64,000 nt of DNA from a bacterium (GTDB lineage: Bacteria > UBP15 > UBA6099), in assembly GCA_029564595.1 (NCBI GenBank), contig JAKQPS010000018.1:10159-74158 (forward strand). The letters run 5' to 3'. Shown in pieces: positions 58,137-64,000 of the stretch (the first letter of the stretch is position 1; each line of letters starts with the position of its first letter). The notes beneath the pieces were generated by a model. The model was not told the origin of the DNA, ran no database searches, and saw only the letters and a list, made by a program, of their open reading frames with translations. The position numbers were made by a program, and so were the translations under genes.

Positions 58137-58730
58137 ATGAAAATAGTGACGCTGATGGGAAGTCCCAGAAAAAAAGGCAACACGGACAAAGTTCTCTCCC
58201 TATTTGAAGCGAAAATGAAGGAGAACGGACATAGGGTCGAGAGGATAAACATAGCGGGGAAGAAAATAGCAGGATGCAGCGGATGCTGGGCGTGCGCGAA
58301 AGCGAAATCGGCTCCCGGCTGCGCAATTAAAGACGACGCGATCCCTGTTTTCAAATCCATGATGTCGGCTGACGCGATAGTTTACGCAACGCCGTTGTAC
58401 TGTTGGGATTTCACATCGCAGATGAGAGCGCTTATCGACAGGCACGTATGCCTCGTTTCAGGATTCGAGACCCCGGCGCACGCGTCCGCGCTTGAAGGAA
58501 AAACAACCGCGCTGCTGGTCACTTGCGAGGGACCGGTCAAAGACAACGCCGACCTCATTCAGATAATGTTCGACCGGCTGAACGGATACGGGAAAAGCTG
58601 TGTGGCGGGCAAATTCATCGTGCCCGGATGCGTCTCGCCTGAAAGCATCGGACCCAAGGCGGAGAAGACAGCCGTAAAAATGGTTGCGGCGATGGAAAAA
58701 ACAGCCCTTAAACGCTCAAAGTCTAAATAG
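58137..58730 (+). CDS. Flavodoxin-fold iron-sulfur flavoprotein / NADPH-dependent FMN reductase family
   Basis: GSPRKKGNT, CSGCWAC......C, ATPLY, IDR. Confidence 0.88.
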   Translation: MKIVTLMGSPRKKGNTDKVLSLFEAKMKENGHRVERINIAGKKIAGCSGCWACAKAKSAPGCAIKDDAIPVFKSMMSADAIVYATPLYCWDFTSQMRALIDRHVCLVSGFETPAHASALEGKTTALLVTCEGPVKDNADLIQIMFDRLNGYGKSCVAGKFIVPGCVSPESIGPKAEKTAVKMVAAMEKTALKRSKSK

Positions 58731-58796
58731 GCGTCAAATCTGTTGTGACAAGACAAGTTTTCGGTAAAACGCTTGTTTTCAAGCTCAGGAACAAGT

Positions 58797-58825
58797 TTGA
58801 CGAAGAGCTTACGCGGAAGTAAAAT
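58797..58825 (+). promoter_or_regulatory. Sigma70-type promoter
   Basis: TTGACG-N17-TAAAAT upstream of the 58857 gene. Confidence 0.55.
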
Positions 58826-58856
58826 GTATTGAGTGATATTGTAAATTCCAAAGGGG

Positions 58857-60761
58857 ATGATTCTAATGAATAGAAGAATGCTGAGAAACATTCTTGCGGC
58901 AATAGTTCTATGCCTCGGCGCGGCGCTGGCCACAGGCTGCGGCGGCGGCGGCGGCGCGACAGGCGGCGGAACCCCGGTAGTGAATCCCCCGGCGGACAAC
59001 AACCAGACTGTGACGCGCACCATCGCGGGCACGGTGTACACCTCGTCCGAGCAAAGCGGCTCGCGCGCGGCCTCCAGAACCGCCGATGACATTCCGGTGA
59101 CCAACGCGGCCCTCAAAGCCTATAATGTGACCGACGCGACGAAAACCAACCTCATCACCGCAGGCGGAACCACAGGAGCGAACGGCGTTTTCTCCGCCAC
59201 TATTACGATACCGAAAAACACAACACCCAGCATTATTATTGAAGCGCTCATCGGCCCCGCCGGAGACGCGGGAAACATAAAACTGGCCGTCGAAAGCATC
59301 AGCGCCAACAGGACAGGACTTCTCGCAGATAAAGGCACGACAAGGAAAGCCGTGATTTTCGAGCTGATTCCGGATGTCGCTATGAACACAATCAGCGGCG
59401 TTGACAACCTGATGGCCGGAGAGGGAATCGACGCCACTGCGTCGATAACGAACGCGACTCGGGCGAGAGAACTAGTCAACTACATGTCTTCCATCATTAC
59501 CGCCTGCCCGAATGTCGGCGCAAACCCGGATTACGACTGCATTCACACACAGATAGGCAACACGCTGGCCGCCACCAACTTGGACGCAGAGGTTGAAAAA
59601 CTTGTCGAACGCTTGGACACGGCAGCCAAGGTCGCGCTCGGAATCGCAAGCATAAATGAAATCATAGCCAACCTCATTGAGCCGGATTATTCGCGCGCGC
59701 AGGTGGACGCAATCGTGGAGGTTTTCACGGACGCGGGAGAAAGCGCGCTGAGCACACTGAACAATATCGACACGAAACCCAAAGCGGCGGAGTTGTGCGC
59801 GGCGATGTCGGACGTCGTAGACGTCTGGGATGCGGCGCACGCGAATACGACCGCAAAGAGGCTTGCCGTCAAAGACAAGGCGATGGCGGTAAGAAACGGC
59901 GAGATTTTCACTTACAGCGACGTTTACAGCGCGATGGGGCTTCTCCGCTCCGGAATGGCGCAGAAGATTTCCCCGAATGCCGCGGCGGCAGCATCAACGC
60001 TTACCACTTCAAACGATATCAACTCAATTATTAGCGCATACGACATCATCCGGGGGATGCTGATTGAGGTGATGGTAAAGGAAGCCGGAGCGACGCGCGA
60101 CGAAGCGGCAGACGCCGTCGAAGGACTTCTTGAAGTCCTCGCCGACCTCGGAGAATCTTCGAACGGAACAGCCTCCTTCGACGCGATAATGGACAACTGG
60201 GTGGTAAGCTGGGAGGACGCCACTCTGGCGACCAATCTGATGACAGCTCTCTTCCCGATGGAAATGGATGTGCGCGCGAAGACCGACCCGCTTATGCTGC
60301 TTGCGCATGACATAGCGGATTTGCCGCCCGGATTCTCCGACGCGCAACTTGAGGCAGTCCTTCTGGACTATCTATCACCGGCGACAACCGCCGCCGCAAT
60401 GACCCTCTACAACAACAACAAAGGCAAGAACTGCCAGTTCGGCTACACCTTCCCGCCCCTCTCAATAACTTCCACAGACTGCCCGGACAAAGAGGAAGTC
60501 ATCAGCCTTATCGAGACTCATTACGAGAAAGACCTGCCCAAGCTCCGCGCGGTCGTGGACGGAGTTGAAGCGTGGGTGAATCACCCGGACAACGCGATCA
60601 ACCTCCTCGGTTTGGGGAACTCTTTCAGCAAAGTTGAAACGGTGTACAATTCAATGAAGGCGTCCACATCAAACAAGAATCAGTTGAGCGAGGCTCTGAA
60701 TATCGCGGGAGTGAAACCCGAACTTTTCTGGCTCGCCATCAATCTGGAACCTTACATGTGA
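58857..60761 (+). CDS. Hypothetical lipoprotein (beta-sandwich N-terminus, helical C-terminus)
   Basis: Lipobox ATGC followed by GGGGG; no family recognised; start may be 58866. Confidence 0.75.
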   Translation: MILMNRRMLRNILAAIVLCLGAALATGCGGGGGATGGGTPVVNPPADNNQTVTRTIAGTVYTSSEQSGSRAASRTADDIPVTNAALKAYNVTDATKTNLITAGGTTGANGVFSATITIPKNTTPSIIIEALIGPAGDAGNIKLAVESISANRTGLLADKGTTRKAVIFELIPDVAMNTISGVDNLMAGEGIDATASITNATRARELVNYMSSIITACPNVGANPDYDCIHTQIGNTLAATNLDAEVEKLVERLDTAAKVALGIASINEIIANLIEPDYSRAQVDAIVEVFTDAGESALSTLNNIDTKPKAAELCAAMSDVVDVWDAAHANTTAKRLAVKDKAMAVRNGEIFTYSDVYSAMGLLRSGMAQKISPNAAAAASTLTTSNDINSIISAYDIIRGMLIEVMVKEAGATRDEAADAVEGLLEVLADLGESSNGTASFDAIMDNWVVSWEDATLATNLMTALFPMEMDVRAKTDPLMLLAHDIADLPPGFSDAQLEAVLLDYLSPATTAAAMTLYNNNKGKNCQFGYTFPPLSITSTDCPDKEEVISLIETHYEKDLPKLRAVVDGVEAWVNHPDNAINLLGLGNSFSKVETVYNSMKASTSNKNQLSEALNIAGVKPELFWLAINLEPYM

Positions 60762-60777
60762 GGCGGCGGGCGCGTTA

Positions 60778-61413
60778 ATGTTCAAAAACAAAACACTTGC
60801 TACGTTAGTTGCGGTTGCGATAATTGTTTCAGCGGCGGCTTTCGCCGCGCGGTCGAACGCGGAAGCGGCGAAAACCTTTCCCGCGCAGTTCGAACGTTTC
60901 ACCAAAATATACCCCCAATCGATATGGGACAGAGGAAAGCGCGTCTCCTTCATGTACGGAAAGCGCTCGACGATACCCGTCGGGCTGGAACTGCCGGTCG
61001 TCCGAGGCGACGAAGTCATAGGCATCTTCAAGTGCTCTTCCATAGGAACGATGAACATTCACGGGTACTTCGGCTCGCACTCCAAAGACATCATTTTGAA
61101 AAAGAGCGACGCGATACTGTCGCCGCTCCCCGACGCCCTGCCCGTCAGAAACCCTAACAACAGCATCGGAACCACCCTGTTCGCGTCGCAAACCGCGACA
61201 AAACTTTGGCTTGTGGTCGACCGAGGCTCAGGCGACGGCTTGGACGCCGATTCCAAAGCCGCCGCCTTTCTGGACGGGGTTTACGTCGGATACTACACAA
61301 TATCCTTCCTCGGACGCTCCATTTCATACGGAACCCTAGCGCGGGAAGCGATATTTCCGCTCCACCGCCTCGACGACATCGTCATAGACTTCTCCCAGCG
61401 CCCTGAGCAATGA
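60778..61413 (+). CDS. Exported hypothetical protein
   Basis: Signal peptide ending AFA/AEA; follows the lipoprotein by 16 bp. Confidence 0.65.
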   Translation: MFKNKTLATLVAVAIIVSAAAFAARSNAEAAKTFPAQFERFTKIYPQSIWDRGKRVSFMYGKRSTIPVGLELPVVRGDEVIGIFKCSSIGTMNIHGYFGSHSKDIILKKSDAILSPLPDALPVRNPNNSIGTTLFASQTATKLWLVVDRGSGDGLDADSKAAAFLDGVYVGYYTISFLGRSISYGTLAREAIFPLHRLDDIVIDFSQRPEQ

Positions 61414-61681
61414 CAAGCCGCGACTCTTTCGCGCGATTTCCAGTCTGACAACAATACCCGGGCGCTTCTTTATTGCGCGGCATCATCTTATGTCCTACTG
61501 ACAGCAAAACCTTGAAAATCAGCGATTTTCGGCTTGCCGGCGGGCGAATTTGCGAGCGCGCTGGAATTACTGAAAAAAAACATTGTGACCGAGCAGCATT
61601 TGTGATATTGTGCGGGCAAAGCATCATGCCCCTGAGGGGCGGGAATTGAAAACCGGACGCCGCGCATGGAGGAATGCGACT

Positions 61682-62836
61682 ATGTTGAACTTTGATTTGT
61701 CAGAAGAACAGAACATCATCAGAAGCACAATACGGGATTTTGCGGAGAACGAGATAGCCCCGATCGCGCGCGAACTGGACGAGAAAGAGGAGTTCTCCTT
61801 AGAACTGACAAAGAAAATGGCGGGCGTCGGCCTGTTCGGAATGTTCCTGCCCGAAAAATACGGCGGGTCGGCGATGGATTACACGTCGTACATCATAGCG
61901 GTCGAGGAAGTGGCGAGGGTGGACGGCTCTCAGGCCGCAACCGTGGCGGCGGGCAACTCTCTCGGCATCGGCCCCATCTACTATTTCGGCAGCGAGAAAC
62001 AGAAGATGGATTGGCTGCCGAAACTCTGCAGCGGCGAAGGGCTGGCCGCGTTCGGGCTTACGGAGCCGGAGGCAGGCTCGGACGCTCAGGCGTCCAAGAC
62101 GACCGCCAAACTGCGCAACGGCGAATGGGTCTTAAACGGCAGCAAAATATTCATCACAAACGCGGGCACGGAGATGTCGCTGGTGTCCACCATTCAGGCT
62201 ATCACGGGCACGCGCGAGGACGGTCGCAACGAAATGAGCTGCATCCTCGTGCCGAACGGCACTCCCGGCTTCGAGGCGAAAACAATGCACGGGAAGATGA
62301 TGTGGCGCTCGTCAAACACGTGCGAGCTGTATTTCGACGACTGCCGCGTGCCGGAAGAAAACATTCTCGGACGGCGCGGAGACGGTTTCAAACAGATGCT
62401 CGAAACGCTCGACGGCGGCAGGCTGAGCATAGCGGCTATGGGCCTTGGCGGCGCTCAGGGCGCTTTCGAAAAAGCTCTCAAGTATTCTCAGGAAAGATAC
62501 CAGTTCGGAGTGCCGATCTCGCGCTTTCAGGCGAACGCCTTCAAACTCGCGGACATGGCCACCGAAATCGAGGCCGCAAGAAACCTTCTCTACAAGGCTT
62601 GCTGGCTGAAAAGCAAAGGAAAACAGTATTCAAAGCTGGCGGCGATGGCGAAACTATATTGCTCGGAAGTGATGAGCCGCGTCGTCAATCAGGCCGTTCA
62701 GATTCACGGCGGATACGGACTGATGAAGGAATACGACATAGAGAGATACTACCGCGATCAGAAGCTGCTCGAAATCGGCGAAGGCACGTCCGAAATCCAG
62801 CGGATTGTCATATCGCGCCATATAGGTTGCAGATAG
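61682..62836 (+). CDS. Acyl-CoA dehydrogenase
   Basis: FGLTEPEAGSD, LNGSKIFITN, GRLSIAA, RYQFG, QIHGGYG, EIGEGTSEIQR; GGAGG RBS. Confidence 0.95.
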   Translation: MLNFDLSEEQNIIRSTIRDFAENEIAPIARELDEKEEFSLELTKKMAGVGLFGMFLPEKYGGSAMDYTSYIIAVEEVARVDGSQAATVAAGNSLGIGPIYYFGSEKQKMDWLPKLCSGEGLAAFGLTEPEAGSDAQASKTTAKLRNGEWVLNGSKIFITNAGTEMSLVSTIQAITGTREDGRNEMSCILVPNGTPGFEAKTMHGKMMWRSSNTCELYFDDCRVPEENILGRRGDGFKQMLETLDGGRLSIAAMGLGGAQGAFEKALKYSQERYQFGVPISRFQANAFKLADMATEIEAARNLLYKACWLKSKGKQYSKLAAMAKLYCSEVMSRVVNQAVQIHGGYGLMKEYDIERYYRDQKLLEIGEGTSEIQRIVISRHIGCR

Positions 62837-62906
62837 CTGCGCAGCCCGGCTTTTTCACGCCGCATATACCCATGCCAACTATACGGCTTCGCATGCGTTG
62901 GTTATG

Positions 62907-64000
62907 CTATTTCTTGCCGTCCGACAACTCCAGAAGATAGGTTCCGATTTCCCACTTGGAGAGAGAAGCCTGCGCGGTTCCGGCGTTGACGCGGAGCGCG
63001 CCGCCCTTTTCGTCCTCGGTGATATTCGTCTTTCTCGCGCGGGCAATAGCCGGGCCGGGATTGCTGAATCTTAGTTTCGAGCCGTCGCCGAGCGCGTCAT
63101 AAACGCGCGCCACAAGCGCGTCGGATTTCTCCGCTTTCTTCAAAGCGACCATGATTGCGGCGGCGTCTTCCCCCGCGCTGAAAAGAGATGCCGACCTTCC
63201 GAGCGGCCCTTTGGCTTTGCACCTCGCAAGCGCAACCGCAGGCGTATTGAACTCGACCCCCGCGCGCGGCAATGAGGCAGCCTTCCAGTCTCCGGCGTGC
63301 GGATATATCGCGTATCTGAAAGAGTGCATGCCGCGCTCCCAGCATTCTGCGGGCTTGGTCATCGCGATGAAAGGAGCCAGATGGTCCGGCGTGAACACGC
63401 CTTTCATGCTCATCCCGCCCTCGCTAGACCATTCTCTGAGAGTTATCCCGTGATGCTCGTAGAGCGCCCATTCGGCGTGTCCGAGTCCCTTCTTCATGAT
63501 TTCTTTAGCCTCCACGGACGCGCGAAGGATGCTCGCCATATTGCGCGCAAGATACCTCAGGTACGCCGCCGAGAAAACAGAAACGCTCCTGAACAGAACC
63601 AGCCCCATGCAGTCTGTTTCCGCGTCCATTCCGGGATTGCCGGAGTTCAGGACGGCGAGGCCGCGTTTCCCGCTTGAAATGTCAACCCAGTTCTGCGCGC
63701 ACCAGTGTCCGGGATTGCGCGGCTCGGAATAGAAAGGCGTCTCGAACACAGGCTTCCCGCCCGCCGCCGCGCCGAACATCGCCTTGACGCGCATGTCCCT
63801 TCCTTTGAAATCGATGTCCGTCTCAAAGTCAACGCGGCGCGAACCCGCTTCAAGATAAACGCGCTGAACGCGGTCCATGTCTTTGTGTCGGCCTCTCGCC
63901 TCGAACCCTGCTCGCACAGGCCCGCTCTCGATGAGCCTTATCGTTGACCTGTAGCGTTTGCCCTCCCACGCCTCTCCCGTCTTCTGCACAGTCCACAGGT
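62907..64000 (-). CDS. GH38 alpha-mannosidase-like protein, C-terminal part (5'-truncated by window edge)
   Basis: GPVRA, RVDFETDIDF, AQNWVDIS, HSFRYAIYPHAGDW, FNTP, ALKKAE. Confidence 0.8.
   Translation of the reverse strand, partial: LWTVQKTGEAWEGKRYRSTIRLIESGPVRAGFEARGRHKDMDRVQRVYLEAGSRRVDFETDIDFKGRDMRVKAMFGAAAGGKPVFETPFYSEPRNPGHWCAQNWVDISSGKRGLAVLNSGNPGMDAETDCMGLVLFRSVSVFSAAYLRYLARNMASILRASVEAKEIMKKGLGHAEWALYEHHGITLREWSSEGGMSMKGVFTPDHLAPFIAMTKPAECWERGMHSFRYAIYPHAGDWKAASLPRAGVEFNTPAVALARCKAKGPLGRSASLFSAGEDAAAIMVALKKAEKSDALVARVYDALGDGSKLRFSNPGPAIARARKTNITEDEKGGALRVNAGTAQASLSKWEIGTYLLELSDGKK

Overview
Bacterial chromosomal window with two parts. (1) Bases 1-~9207 are the right end of a genomic (defence-type) island. 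It holds a Type III R-M mod/res pair and a DUF3800 gene inside a cassette bounded by a 47-bp duplication of the res 3' end. It then has ~1.3 kb of AT-richer, hairpin-dense non-coding DNA and a stand-alone 404-aa group II intron-like reverse transcriptase (YADD) with no recognisable intron DV/DVI. A promoter-to-terminator, ~320-nt structured RNA candidate sits directly upstream of the RT. The island ends at paired arm-type repeats and a 17-bp tRNA(Ser)-like 3' fragment (att core). The RT plus ncRNA unit is the best candidate for an undescribed system. (2) Bases ~9200-64000 are housekeeping and envelope genes of a diderm-looking organism: an Ltp4/Ltp3-like thiolase-DUF35 cluster, Na/Pi transporter, histidine kinase, DHS-like enzyme, partner-switching pair, GldAFG-like ABC system, VKOR, GH57, an SbcCD-like pair with a degenerate nuclease, a giant outer-membrane protein, Cys-rich surface proteins, RlmD, SDR, ACAD and a partial GH38. 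Two giant Cys-rich surface-protein genes 24 kb apart each have a sigma54 promoter and a homologous 40-bp upstream motif at identical spacing. Several REP-like palindrome families occupy intergenic gaps. All calls come from motif recognition by eye; no database search or folding program was run.
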